A stretch of DNA of 64,000 nt from Thermoanaerobaculia bacterium (GCA_947259925.1 CAMYOG010000017.1:441-64440); one strand, 5' to 3'; counted from the first letter of the stretch, positions 29,005 to 40,516 are shown. Notes: generated by a model not told the origin, from the letters alone. Numbers and translations: made by a program.

Positions 29005-29489
29005 GACTGCCCTCCCACCGCGATGACCGTACCGCCGGTCAGCTCCCGGAGCTGATCGGAGGTCAGCCTGAAAACCGCGTGCGGCGTTCCGGCCGCGGCC
29101 CAGATCTCATCGAGCGCCAACAGATCCTCGTCCAGGAACGTGCTGATCGGGCGAACGTGTCCGCATGGCGGCACACCGCCGATGACGAAGCCGGTCGCTT
29201 CACGCACGAAGTCGGGCTTGGCCTGACCGATCGGCTCGCCGACCAGCGCGGAGATGGCCGTTTCGTCGATCCGGTTGACGCCGCTGGCGATCACCAGGAC
29301 CGGCTCGCCCGAGTCGAGCGCTCGAAAGACGATGCTCTTGGCGATCTGGGCGACCGAGCAGCCGATCGCCTCCGCAGCTTCCCGGGCGGTGCGGGTCGAG
29401 GCCGGAAGCTCGACCACCTCGAGCTCGAAGCCGGCGGCATCGAGCGCCTCCTGGACCGCGCGCGCGCTCCGACGCAGCTCACCCGACAT
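29001..29489 (-). CDS. YbaK/ProX-family aminoacyl-tRNA deacylase domain protein
   Basis: ...TRTAREAAEAIGCSVAQIAKSIVF...VLVIASGVNRIDETAIS. Confidence 0.6.
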   Translation of the reverse strand: MSGELRRSARAVQEALDAAGFELEVVELPASTRTAREAAEAIGCSVAQIAKSIVFRALDSGEPVLVIASGVNRIDETAISALVGEPIGQAKPDFVREATGFVIGGVPPCGHVRPISTFLDEDLLALDEIWAAAGTPHAVFRLTSDQLRELTGGTVIAVGGQS

Positions 29490-30309
29490 CGACGACCTCC
29501 GTCGACGGCACTTCGCGCACGACCCGAAAGCCCAGGCTCGGGCCGTCGTCCGCCGGGCGGTGGGTGTAGCGGAGGGCGCAGCGCGCACTGTCGGGACCGT
29601 AGTACCAGCTGCCGCCCCGAATCACTCGCAGCACCGCGGCGCACGAGCCGATCGGATCGGTCACCGGCTCGTCCCGATACGGACAGTGCTCGTCCTCGCA
29701 CCACTCCCAGACGTTGCCGCTCATGTCGTACAGACCCCAGTCGTTCGGCGGATACGATCCGACCGGGGTGGTCCGCTCGAGGTAGGGTCCGGGTCTCGCC
29801 CCCGGATACGGCTCGCGACCGTCGAAGTTCGCCGCCTCGGAGGAGATCGCGGCGCCCTGCCCGAACGCCGTCCGGCGACCGGCCCGGCAAGCGTACTCCC
29901 ATTCCGCCTCGGTCGGCAGGCGCAGACGTTCATCGGTGCGCGCGGCCAGCTCGGTGAGGAACTCACGAACCCGAATCAGGCTCACCGTCTCGACCGGGCA
30001 GTCCGGTCCGCAGTCCTGGAACCGGCTCGGGTTGTCAGCCATCACCTCGGACCACTCGGCCTGGGTCACCTCGTAGCGCCCGAGGTAGAACGGCTTGGTC
30101 AGCGTGACGGTGTGGGCGATCTCCTGCGGCTCGCGGCCGGCCTCGTCGGACGGCGAGCCCATTTCGAACCAGCCCGGCTCGATCAGCACGAACTCCATGC
30201 CGGTGTGCGGCTCGGTCCAGGTCGATGGGAGCTCTCGGCCAGCGTCTCCGGCACAGCCCAGGAGGAGCAGACCGACGGCGATCGGACACGCCAGTCGGCC
30301 AGCGCTCAT
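29479..30309 (-). CDS. formylglycine-generating-enzyme (FGE/SUMF1) fold lipoprotein
   Basis: Lipobox LLLLGC, then ...GSPSDEAGREPQEIAHTVTLTKPFYLGRYEVTQAEW...RLPTEAEWEYACRAG...YDMSGNVWEWCED...RGGSW. Confidence 0.65.
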   Translation of the reverse strand: MSAGRLACPIAVGLLLLGCAGDAGRELPSTWTEPHTGMEFVLIEPGWFEMGSPSDEAGREPQEIAHTVTLTKPFYLGRYEVTQAEWSEVMADNPSRFQDCGPDCPVETVSLIRVREFLTELAARTDERLRLPTEAEWEYACRAGRRTAFGQGAAISSEAANFDGREPYPGARPGPYLERTTPVGSYPPNDWGLYDMSGNVWEWCEDEHCPYRDEPVTDPIGSCAAVLRVIRGGSWYYGPDSARCALRYTHRPADDGPSLGFRVVREVPSTEVVDVG

Positions 30310-30653
30310 TCGGGGAGTACCGGCATGAAGGTCCGCAACAGGATGGCCATCACGACCAGACCGGCGATCATCCACAGCGCGGTCGGTCCGGGGCGGGCCC
30401 CGGTGTGGCGTACCAGCAGGAGGTGCGCCCAGGAGAGAGCGATGCCGCCCGCGAACAGATAGAAGACTTCGACGATATTCGACAGGCTCTGGGCACCGTA
30501 TCCGCTCGCCGTCAGCGCGACCCAGACCAGGAGCGCCGGCAGCGCGAGTCCGAGCATCCACGGCGAGTCGTTGCCCTGCCGCCGCGCTACCTGCCAGGCC
30601 GGAAACGAGACCGCGAAGGTCACCACGACCAGCACCAGCATCATCAGGGTCAT
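30306..30653 (-). CDS. small polytopic membrane protein (115 aa), stop overlaps the FGE-like start (ATGA)
   Basis: Four hydrophobic segments. No family recognised. Confidence 0.4.
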   Translation of the reverse strand: MTLMMLVLVVVTFAVSFPAWQVARRQGNDSPWMLGLALPALLVWVALTASGYGAQSLSNIVEVFYLFAGGIALSWAHLLLVRHTGARPGPTALWMIAGLVVMAILLRTFMPVLPE

Positions 30654-30694
30654 CGCGCGGGAACTCCTGACGGCCTCCCACCGTCCAACGTCAT

Positions 30695-31141
30695 ATGAAG
30701 CTCAGGCACAGACCGATCCCCCCGGCCGAGATACCGACCGCATCGATGGCCGACGTCGCCTTCCTGCTCATCGTCTTCTTCATTGTGACACTGACCTTCG
30801 CGGCCGAGCGAGGTCTGGACCTGGGTTTACCGGAGCCGCCGGACCCGGACGACCCGGTCGAGATGATCGAATCGGTCGTGGTCGAGGTACGGGCCGGAGG
30901 TGGACTGATCGTCGACCGATCGCCGATGACGCTCTCGAAGTTGCTCGCCTACCTCGAGCCGAAGCTCCAGCGGGACCCGCGCAAACCGGTGATCGTCCGC
31001 TCGGCGCCGGACGCAGGCTACGGACACGTGGTCCACGTCCTGGACGAGCTACGCCAGGCGCATACCCTGCTGGGCCTGGCCGAGGAGATCCAGATCGCCC
31101 TGCCGACCGAGCGCGAGATCGCCGAGTACTGGAGCTCGTAG
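30695..31141 (+). CDS. ExbD/TolR-family biopolymer transport protein (stand-alone)
   Basis: MADVAFLLIVFFIVTLTFAAERGLDLGLP...VIVRSAPDAGYGHVVHVLDEL. Confidence 0.65.
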   Translation: MKLRHRPIPPAEIPTASMADVAFLLIVFFIVTLTFAAERGLDLGLPEPPDPDDPVEMIESVVVEVRAGGGLIVDRSPMTLSKLLAYLEPKLQRDPRKPVIVRSAPDAGYGHVVHVLDELRQAHTLLGLAEEIQIALPTEREIAEYWSS

Positions 31142-31705
31142 TCAGCTCTCGGCGAGATCCTCTCCCTCCCACCAGTCGCCCCACTTCTCACGCATCTTGT
31201 CGTTGTAGGCCTCGGACTCGCCGACGGGGATGCTCAGCGTCTGCCAGGAGTCGCCGGCGTGGTGCCGGGCAAGCGAGACGATCTGACCGGTGTGATAGGC
31301 GAGGTGGGTCAGGTTGCGCTGGATCGCTTCGAACACCTTGTGCGGCTCGCCACGAATGGTGATCTGCTTCTCGAGGTGCCCGGGCCCGAGCGCGTCGAGC
31401 GACTCGAACGTGATCTTCCAGCCCTCGTTCCAGATCGCGCGAATCGACTCAGGCGTCTCGCCCTCGACGACGAACTCGCTATCGCGATTCCGGTCCGGCT
31501 TCTCGCCATCGGTGGTCAGGAAGTCGCGCCAGCGCGACCGGTGGTTGCCGCCCAGGTGCTTCATCTGCGCGGCGAGGCAGAGCGGAATCGAGCCGACCGT
31601 CGCGAACAGCTGCTCGTCGGTCACCTGCTCGATCGCCCGCTCGCACTGCGCCTTGCGATAGTGGTACTGGTCTCTCACTTCCCTGAGCCAGGCCTGTCCG
31701 TCCAT
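31142..31705 (-). CDS. DUF1572 / DinB-like protein
   Basis: ...LTHLAYHTGQIVSLAR. Confidence 0.5.
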   Translation of the reverse strand: MDGQAWLREVRDQYHYRKAQCERAIEQVTDEQLFATVGSIPLCLAAQMKHLGGNHRSRWRDFLTTDGEKPDRNRDSEFVVEGETPESIRAIWNEGWKITFESLDALGPGHLEKQITIRGEPHKVFEAIQRNLTHLAYHTGQIVSLARHHAGDSWQTLSIPVGESEAYNDKMREKWGDWWEGEDLAES

Positions 31706-31733
31706 GGTCTGCCCTCCTTCTCCGTGGATCGAT

Positions 31734-32216
31734 CTACCTCGCTGTCCGCCCCAGTATGAGTCTGCGTAGCTGATGAGCGTGCCGCACCGGATGCATGACA
31801 GCGTGCTCGAGCATGGCGTCGATGCAGTAGGGAGTGCCCCAGCGCGAGACGTGTGCCGGCGCGTAGGCGCGCTCCTCGGTCAGACCCTCGAACGGCACCG
31901 CCCACGCTCTCAGTAAGCTCTCCAGGTAGTCCTCGGCGCGCTCCGCTAGCCCCTCCGGCTCCGGCCGGTCCTCCTCGACGCGCCCCGGCAGCCCCAGCTG
32001 CTCACAGATCCAGTTCAGATACCGTGCGGAGCAGCCGAGGACGTGCGCGAGCAGCGTCTCCATCGAGGCGTAGTTGGCATCGTCGGTTGCCGGCAGCTCC
32101 ACACCGAGCCCGGACGCAGTCTGCCAGGTGGCCAGGAAGTCGCGCAGGTAGAGCTCGTGCAGGTCGGTGAGCGCCGCGGCACCCGAGTAGATCGTCGAAG
32201 CGTTCGGATCGGTCAT
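31734..32216 (-). CDS. DinB_2 / MDMPI_N-like protein (160 aa)
   Basis: ...TLLAHVLGCSARYLNW...AMLEHAVMHPVRHAHQL. The start overlaps the NUDIX stop (ATGA). The longer 332-aa ORF is not credible. Confidence 0.4.
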   Translation of the reverse strand: MTDPNASTIYSGAAALTDLHELYLRDFLATWQTASGLGVELPATDDANYASMETLLAHVLGCSARYLNWICEQLGLPGRVEEDRPEPEGLAERAEDYLESLLRAWAVPFEGLTEERAYAPAHVSRWGTPYCIDAMLEHAVMHPVRHAHQLRRLILGRTAR

Positions 32217-32776
32217 CAGTTCAGGGTCGGGCACTCCAGCTGCCCGAGCCGGGCGAGGGCGTAGAGCGCCGAGGCGACGTGCAGCGCCTGTAGGAGGCCG
32301 CCGTCCAGAACCAGCTCGACGAACTGCTGGAGCGGCATCAGCACCACTTGGGTCTCTTCCGAGTCGGATTGGACGGGGTCGGCGACCCGGCGGCACCCGG
32401 TCGCCAGGAAGCAGTGCGTCAGATTGCTGTGGCTGGACGGATTCGGTGACAGGATCCCCGATTCGACGATCGCACCAGGCTCGAAGCCGGTCTCCTCGAG
32501 GAGCTCGCGCGCGACCGCGTCTGCCGCCGAGTCGTCTCCCGGATCGACCGCGCCACAGGGGAGCTCGAGCAGGGTGCGGGCGAGGCCGTGCCGATACTGA
32601 CGGACCAGAACGACGTCGCCCTCGTCGGTCAGCGCGACCACGTTCACCCAGTCCGGATAGTCGAGCACGTAGAACGGCTCGACCAGCTCGCCGCGTGACG
32701 TGCGGCACGAATCGGCGCGCAACGAGATCCAATCGTCCTCCAGGATCCGTCGAGAGCTTTCGACTGTCCAGTCCAT
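32216..32776 (-). CDS. NUDIX hydrolase
   Basis: Nudix box GAVDPGDDSAADAVARELLEETG. Confidence 0.65.
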   Translation of the reverse strand: MDWTVESSRRILEDDWISLRADSCRTSRGELVEPFYVLDYPDWVNVVALTDEGDVVLVRQYRHGLARTLLELPCGAVDPGDDSAADAVARELLEETGFEPGAIVESGILSPNPSSHSNLTHCFLATGCRRVADPVQSDSEETQVVLMPLQQFVELVLDGGLLQALHVASALYALARLGQLECPTLN

Positions 32777-32821
32777 ATCTCGTCCTCTAGCTGGCGCCGG
32801 CGCGCCCCCGGCAACGCGACG

Positions 32822-33574
32822 CTATTCGAAACGATACTGCACGTACTCTGGATCGCCTTCCAGACGGTGCGGCTCGAGGAACTCCCAGCACTCCTGGTTG
32901 AACTTCGGCGCGCGGTCGTAGTACCAGTGATCGTGACCGGGTATCTCGGCCAGCTCGATCGGGAAGCCCCGTTCCTCGAGGGCGTCGCGCGTCGCCCGCA
33001 CCTTCGCCAGCGGAAAGTAGGGATCCTTGGTACCGACCAGGATCTTGATCGGGATCTTCCGCTTCGCTTCGTCGGCCATCGGATACGACTCCTCGTGCAA
33101 CCGACCGGCGTGGACCGCCGCGGCGGCGAAGTACTGCGACTCGGAGACCGCCATCTGGAGCGAGAACGAAGCGCCTCCGGAGTGGCCGAAGAGGTAGACC
33201 CGCCCAGGGTCGATCGGTAGCTCGCTCTTGACGCTCTCGACGATGTCGCGCAGAAAGTCCGGGCCGTCGTCGGGCGCGATCCACACCTTCGGGTTGAGCG
33301 ACTCGGGCGCGGCGACCACGATGCCCTCCTTGGCCGCCAGCTTGTGCCACTTGTCCATCAGCGACAGGCCGTCGCGGCCGGACCCGTGCAGCAGCAGCAA
33401 GAGCGGCAGCGGACCGCTCGCCTCGTCGTGCTCGGGAACGAACAGGTAGTACGTCCGCTCCTCGCCCATGTATTCGATCGTCCGCTTCTGCGGCTTCGGG
33501 CCCTTGGCCGCGAGCGCCGCGGACGCGCACAGGAAGGCGACCAGCGCCACTACAGCAATTACGGATCTAGTCAT
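32822..33574 (-). CDS. secreted alpha/beta-hydrolase (esterase / PHB-depolymerase family)
   Basis: Signal peptide, ...LLLLHGSG..., nucleophile elbow GHSGG, ...GHDHW. Confidence 0.65.
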   Translation of the reverse strand: MTRSVIAVVALVAFLCASAALAAKGPKPQKRTIEYMGEERTYYLFVPEHDEASGPLPLLLLLHGSGRDGLSLMDKWHKLAAKEGIVVAAPESLNPKVWIAPDDGPDFLRDIVESVKSELPIDPGRVYLFGHSGGASFSLQMAVSESQYFAAAAVHAGRLHEESYPMADEAKRKIPIKILVGTKDPYFPLAKVRATRDALEERGFPIELAEIPGHDHWYYDRAPKFNQECWEFLEPHRLEGDPEYVQYRFE

Positions 33575-33930
33575 CTCTCTCCTCTTGCCAGTACCGCTCC
33601 GAGCGCCGGCGGGAACAGCAGCCAGATCCCCGAGATCGGCATGATCACGGCGCACAGCACAGCCATCCCCAGAAGTGCCCACCCGAGGAACCGGGGCAGC
33701 CCGGCCCGGCGTGCCTCGCACCAATCGATCAGGCCGCCGAGCACGAGCGCCAGCAGGCCGAAGTAGATGAACCAGAAGGCGAACTCGCGCTCGGGCTGAC
33801 CGTTGACGGTGTTGACCAGGCCCTCGCTCCAGATCACCGCCAACGTCCCACGCAGGAATACGAATCCGAACAGCGAGTGGATCACGCCGATACCGATCAT
33901 CCACCTGCCGATCCAACGGCGGGGCTTCAT
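33571..33930 (-). CDS. small membrane protein (119 aa)
   Basis: Hydrophobic helices. ATGA overlap with the esterase start. Confidence 0.4.
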   Translation of the reverse strand: MKPRRWIGRWMIGIGVIHSLFGFVFLRGTLAVIWSEGLVNTVNGQPEREFAFWFIYFGLLALVLGGLIDWCEARRAGLPRFLGWALLGMAVLCAVIMPISGIWLLFPPALGAVLARGER

Positions 33931-33956
33931 GGCGCCTACTGTAGCCGTTCGCCAGG

Positions 33957-34036
33957 GTGCCAGGCCTGCAAGATGCAAGTTGCTCTCACCCCTCAGCACT
34001 CGGCTGCTACTTGCATCTTGCAGGCCTGGCACCCAC
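33957..34036. other. perfect 25-bp inverted repeat (GGTGCCAGGCCTGCAAGATGCAAGT ... ACTTGCATCTTGCAGGCCTGGCACC) with ~29-nt loop
   Basis: Seen directly, between two minus-strand membrane-protein genes. Confidence 0.6.
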
Positions 34037-34049
34037 CCGCACCCACCCG

Positions 34050-34427
34050 CTAGCCACTCGCCCACCAGGTGATCACCGAGATCGCCAGGAAGGCGATCCA
34101 GGACAGATGCTTGCCGCGGGACGCCACCAACGCCAGCACCGTGCTCGCGGCAAAGGTGAGCGACACCGCCCGCAGCACCCGCACACCCGACCCGCCGGGC
34201 TCCCCCGTCGCCACCGCGAGCATCACCAGCCCGAGCCCCCACCAGGCGAGCGTGGTCGCGTGCCACGCCCAGCGGAGGGTGCGCTTGGTGAACCGGTCGT
34301 CGCCGAACAGCTTCGGGAGATTGTCGCGCCGCATCAGCCGCATCAGGATGTACCTCTCGCCCAGGTAGGAGTGGGTGACACCGATCGCAACGGCGATCAC
34401 GACGGCGGCGATCAGTGACGGGCTCAC
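34050..34427 (-). CDS. small membrane protein (125 aa)
   Basis: MSPSLIAAVVIAVAIGVTHSYLGERYILMRLMRRDNLPKLFGDD... with 3-4 TM segments. Confidence 0.4.
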   Translation of the reverse strand: MSPSLIAAVVIAVAIGVTHSYLGERYILMRLMRRDNLPKLFGDDRFTKRTLRWAWHATTLAWWGLGLVMLAVATGEPGGSGVRVLRAVSLTFAASTVLALVASRGKHLSWIAFLAISVITWWASG

Positions 34428-34431
34428 GGCT

Positions 34432-36447
34432 CTACCTCTTCTTCTTCAGATACAGGTCCGTAACCGTCCCCTCGAACACCTCGCTGGCGAAGGCGACGGT
34501 CTCCGACAGGGTCGGGTGCGGGTGGACGGTCAGGCCGAGATCGCTCGCTTCGCAGTCCATCTCGATCGCCAGCGCCAGCTCGGAGATCAGATCGCCGGCG
34601 TTCGGGCCTACGACCCCCGCGCCGAGTACCCGCCGGGTCGTCGGATCGAACAGGATCTTCGTCAGTCCCTCGGTCCGGCCCATCCCGATGGCGCGACCGC
34701 TCGCCGCCCACGGGAAGCTACCGACCTCGTAGGCCGTCCCGTCCTTCTCGGCGTCGGTCTCGGTCAGCCCGACCCAGGCGATCTCGGGATCGGTGTAGGC
34801 GACCGACGGGATCACGCGCGCGTCGAAGTGGCTTTTCTCGCCGGCGATCGCCTCGGCCGCGACTTTCCCCTCGTGACTCGCCTTGTGGGCGAGCATCGGA
34901 CCGGGAACGATGTCGCCGATCGCGAAGATGTGCCGGACGCTGGTGCGCAGCTGCGAGTCGACCTCGATGAAGCCGCGCTCGTCCACTCTGACGCCGGTCG
35001 CTTCGATGTCGACGCGGTCGGAGTTCGGGCGGCGACCGACCGAGACCAGGGCGCGGTCGAAGAGCTCCGACTCCGGCGCTCGCTTCCCTTCCATGAACGC
35101 CGTCAGCCCGTCGTCGCCACTCTCGATCTCGAGCACCTTGGTCTTGACGTGGATCTTCGCCTTGTAGCGCTTCTTCAGTCGGCGCTCGAACGGCTTGACC
35201 AGATCACGGTCGCAACCGGGGATCAAGCCGTCGAGTAGCTCGACGACGGTGATCTGGCTCCCGAGCGCGCCGTAGACGCACGCCATCTCGAGGCCGATGA
35301 TGCCGCCGCCGACGATCAGGAGCTTCTCGGGTACCTCGGGCAGGGTCAGGGCTCCGGTCGAGTCCATCACCCTCGGGTCGTCGTAGGGAATCCCCGGGAT
35401 CTCGACGCCGCGCGAGCCGACGGCGATGATCGCGTGATCGAACTGGATGTCATGGCTGCCCTCGGCGCCGGTCGCCTCGAGCGTGTGCGGGCTGGTGAAG
35501 CGGCCGGTGCCGGTGATGACCCTTACCTGACGCTGCGTGGCCATCGTCGCCAGGCCGCCCGTCAGCCGGCCGACGATCTGATCCTTCCAGGCTCGTAGCT
35601 GGTCGAGATCGAGCTTCGGCTCGCCGAAGGTGACGCCGTGCGCACCCAGATCGGCGGCCTCCTCGATCACCCGGGCGACGTGCAGATAGGCCTTGGACGG
35701 AATGCAGCCGACGTTGAGGCAGACGCCGCCGAGGGTGGGGTAACGCTCGACGAGGACGACCTTCTGGCCGAGGTCGGCGGCGCGGAATGCGGCGGTGTAG
35801 CCACCGGGGCCGGAGCCGAGGACCAGGACGTCGGCGTAATGACTGGTCTTGGAGGAGGGGGAGGGGGCTGCGGAGAGGGGAGAGAGCCCTCCCCCTTCAC
35901 CCCCTCCATTGGATGCCGCTCCAGCGGATGCCGCTCGATCGGACACCTCTCCATCAGATTCCGGGGGGGATTCCGAGGATGGTGGTTGGCCTTCGGCGGC
36001 TGTCGAAGGGTCCGCGGAGTCCTGGGAGGGCTCGGGCTCCGCGGCCGCTTCCGGAGGCGACTCGGGAGCCGGTTCGGAGGCCGACGTCTTCTTCCCCGTT
36101 GCCGGCTCCGACAGGGCCGCACTCTCCTCCGAGGGTGGGGTTAGCTTCGCCTTCGGCTCGCTGACGACTCGATCCGATTCCTGAGGAGCGTTCGAAAGGG
36201 GAGGGCTCTCCCCTTTCTCCAGCACCGCGATGAGGTCGCCCTTTCCCACCTTGTCGCCGACCCGTACGATCACCTTCTCGACTACGCCGGCGTGGGTCGA
36301 GGGGACATCCATCGACGCCTTGTCACTCTCCAGGGTGATCAGGCCGGCATCGACCTCGACGCTCTCGCCCGCGGCGACCAGCACCTCGACGACGTCGACC
36401 TTCTCGTCGGTGCCGATGTCGGGGATGCGGATCTCGACCGCGCTCAC
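34432..36447 (-). CDS. lpdA: dihydrolipoyl dehydrogenase (E3) with N-terminal lipoyl domain and long Ala/Pro/Ser/Glu linker
   Basis: Lipoyl ...ITLESDKASMDVPS.... FAD site VLVLGSGPGGYTAAFRAADLG...GGVCLNVGCIPSK. C-terminal dimerisation domain. Confidence 0.85.
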   Translation of the reverse strand: MSAVEIRIPDIGTDEKVDVVEVLVAAGESVEVDAGLITLESDKASMDVPSTHAGVVEKVIVRVGDKVGKGDLIAVLEKGESPPLSNAPQESDRVVSEPKAKLTPPSEESAALSEPATGKKTSASEPAPESPPEAAAEPEPSQDSADPSTAAEGQPPSSESPPESDGEVSDRAASAGAASNGGGEGGGLSPLSAAPSPSSKTSHYADVLVLGSGPGGYTAAFRAADLGQKVVLVERYPTLGGVCLNVGCIPSKAYLHVARVIEEAADLGAHGVTFGEPKLDLDQLRAWKDQIVGRLTGGLATMATQRQVRVITGTGRFTSPHTLEATGAEGSHDIQFDHAIIAVGSRGVEIPGIPYDDPRVMDSTGALTLPEVPEKLLIVGGGIIGLEMACVYGALGSQITVVELLDGLIPGCDRDLVKPFERRLKKRYKAKIHVKTKVLEIESGDDGLTAFMEGKRAPESELFDRALVSVGRRPNSDRVDIEATGVRVDERGFIEVDSQLRTSVRHIFAIGDIVPGPMLAHKASHEGKVAAEAIAGEKSHFDARVIPSVAYTDPEIAWVGLTETDAEKDGTAYEVGSFPWAASGRAIGMGRTEGLTKILFDPTTRRVLGAGVVGPNAGDLISELALAIEMDCEASDLGLTVHPHPTLSETVAFASEVFEGTVTDLYLKKKR
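36137..36220. repeat. ~84-bp GC-rich palindromic repeat element in-frame inside the lpd linker (reverse to the coding direction)
   Basis: GGGGTTAGCTTCGCCTTCGGCTCGCTGACGACTCGATCCGATTCCTGAGGAGCGTTCGAAAGGGGAGGGCTCTCCCCTTTCTCC is ~85 % identical to 47613-47696 in the M14 peptidase gene, which is on the opposite coding strand. Confidence 0.7.
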
Positions 36448-37772
36448 AGGGCCAGCCTTCGGATGTCCGAGAGGAGCCGGGCGAGGTAGGTCGTGAAGCG
36501 GACCGCCATCGCGCCGTCGACCACTCGATGGTCGTAGGAGAGCGACAGCGGCAGGATCAGCCGCGGCACGAACTCGCTCCCTTGCCAGACCGGCTTCATG
36601 CGCGCGCGCGCCACGCCCAGGATCGCCACCTCGGGCGCGTTGATGATCGGCGTGAAGTACGAGCCGCCGATGCTGCCGAGGCTCGAGATGGTGAACGACG
36701 CACCCTGGATCTGGTCGGGCTTGAGCTTGCCCTCGCGGGCGGCGCCGCTGATCTCGCCCAACTCGCGCGCGACCTCGAGAATGCCTTTGCGGTCGACATC
36801 CTTGATCACCGGCACCACCAGCCCGCCGGTCGTGTCGACCGCGAATCCCAGGTGGTAGTAGCGCTTGAGCACCAGGTGCTCGTCGTCCTTGTCGAGCGAC
36901 GAGTTGAGGACCGGAAACTCCTTGAGCGACATGACGACCGCCTTCATGATGAAGGCGAGCGGCGTCAGGCTGATCCCCTGCTCCTTGGCCGCCGGCTTCT
37001 GCTCCTTGCGGAACTCTTCGAGTTCGGTGATGTCCGCCTCGTCGTTCTGGGTGACGTGCGGCAGGTTGACCCAGCTCGCGTGCAGCCTCGGGCCCGAGAT
37101 CTTCTGGATGCGGGTACGAGCCACGCGCTCGATCTCGCCGAAACGGGAGAAGTCGATCTGCGGCACCTCCGGCAGACCGGCGCCCACCGCCGCGGGCTCC
37201 GACAGCGCTCGCTTGATGTAGCCCTGGACGTCCTCCTTCAGGATCCGCGATTTGCGACCGGTTCCCCGCACCCGGGTCAGGTCGACGCCCAGCTCGCGGC
37301 CGAAGCGGCGGACGGCCGGGCTGGCGTAGGCCTTGTTGAAGGCCGAAGGGTCGACGACCGGTTCGGCCATCGGCGGCGGACTCGACGGAGCAGGCGGCGA
37401 GCCAGGCTCGGGCGCTGCCGGTTCGGGCGAAGGCGGCTCAAGCTCGGCCGGCTCTTCGGGGGGGGTCTCGGGAGGAGTCGCCCGCACGCTTTCCGATGGA
37501 GGGGGTGCAGGGGGAGGGCCCTCCCCCTGCTCCGCAGCCTCGAGGGTCAGGATCAGCGCCCCCTCGCCCACCTTGTCGCCCGCCTTCACCTTCACGTCCC
37601 GGATCGTCCCGGCGAACGGGGTCGGCACGTCCATCGTCGCCTTGTCGCTCTCGAGCGTGATCAGCGAGTCCTCGACCGCGACCGTGTCGCCGCTCGCGAC
37701 CAGCACCTCGATGACGTCGACCTCGTCGAAGTCGCCGATGTCGGGGACCACTACGTCCTTGACTTCACCCAT
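36444..37772 (-). CDS. aceF: dihydrolipoamide acetyltransferase (pyruvate dehydrogenase E2)
   Basis: Lipoyl domain, peripheral subunit-binding domain, catalytic ...DHRVVDGA.... Confidence 0.85.
   Translation of the reverse strand: MGEVKDVVVPDIGDFDEVDVIEVLVASGDTVAVEDSLITLESDKATMDVPTPFAGTIRDVKVKAGDKVGEGALILTLEAAEQGEGPPPAPPPSESVRATPPETPPEEPAELEPPSPEPAAPEPGSPPAPSSPPPMAEPVVDPSAFNKAYASPAVRRFGRELGVDLTRVRGTGRKSRILKEDVQGYIKRALSEPAAVGAGLPEVPQIDFSRFGEIERVARTRIQKISGPRLHASWVNLPHVTQNDEADITELEEFRKEQKPAAKEQGISLTPLAFIMKAVVMSLKEFPVLNSSLDKDDEHLVLKRYYHLGFAVDTTGGLVVPVIKDVDRKGILEVARELGEISGAAREGKLKPDQIQGASFTISSLGSIGGSYFTPIINAPEVAILGVARARMKPVWQGSEFVPRLILPLSLSYDHRVVDGAMAVRFTTYLARLLSDIRRLAL
37483..37533. repeat. copy of the same palindromic family inside the aceF linker (TCCGATGGAGGGGGTGCAGGGGGAGGGCCCTCCCCCTGCTCC)
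   Basis: Shares its core with 36196-36220 and 47671-47696, and its left part with the intergenic copy at 23666-23702. Confidence 0.6.
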
Positions 37773-37785
37773 CAGCCTGCCTGCC

Positions 37786-40455
<2,670 letters not shown>

Positions 40456-40499
40456 GGTGGTCTCCTGCCGTCGAGTGAGGGAGCTGAAGGCGCCATTCT

Positions 40500-40516
40500 A
40501 TTCGCTTATAGCGAAT
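40500..40516. promoter_or_regulatory. palindrome ATTCGCT-TAT-AGCGAAT ~60 bp upstream of aceE. A second AATCGC/GCGATT pair is nearby. Candidate operator of the PDH operon.
   Basis: Seen directly in the aceE 5' region. Confidence 0.4.

Noticed and set aside
35850-36120. Tandem GGATGCCGCTC-type repeats in lpd
   Set aside because: Consistent with ordinary low-complexity linker coding between the lipoyl and FAD domains. Only the segments with cross-gene DNA identity were reported as repeat elements.
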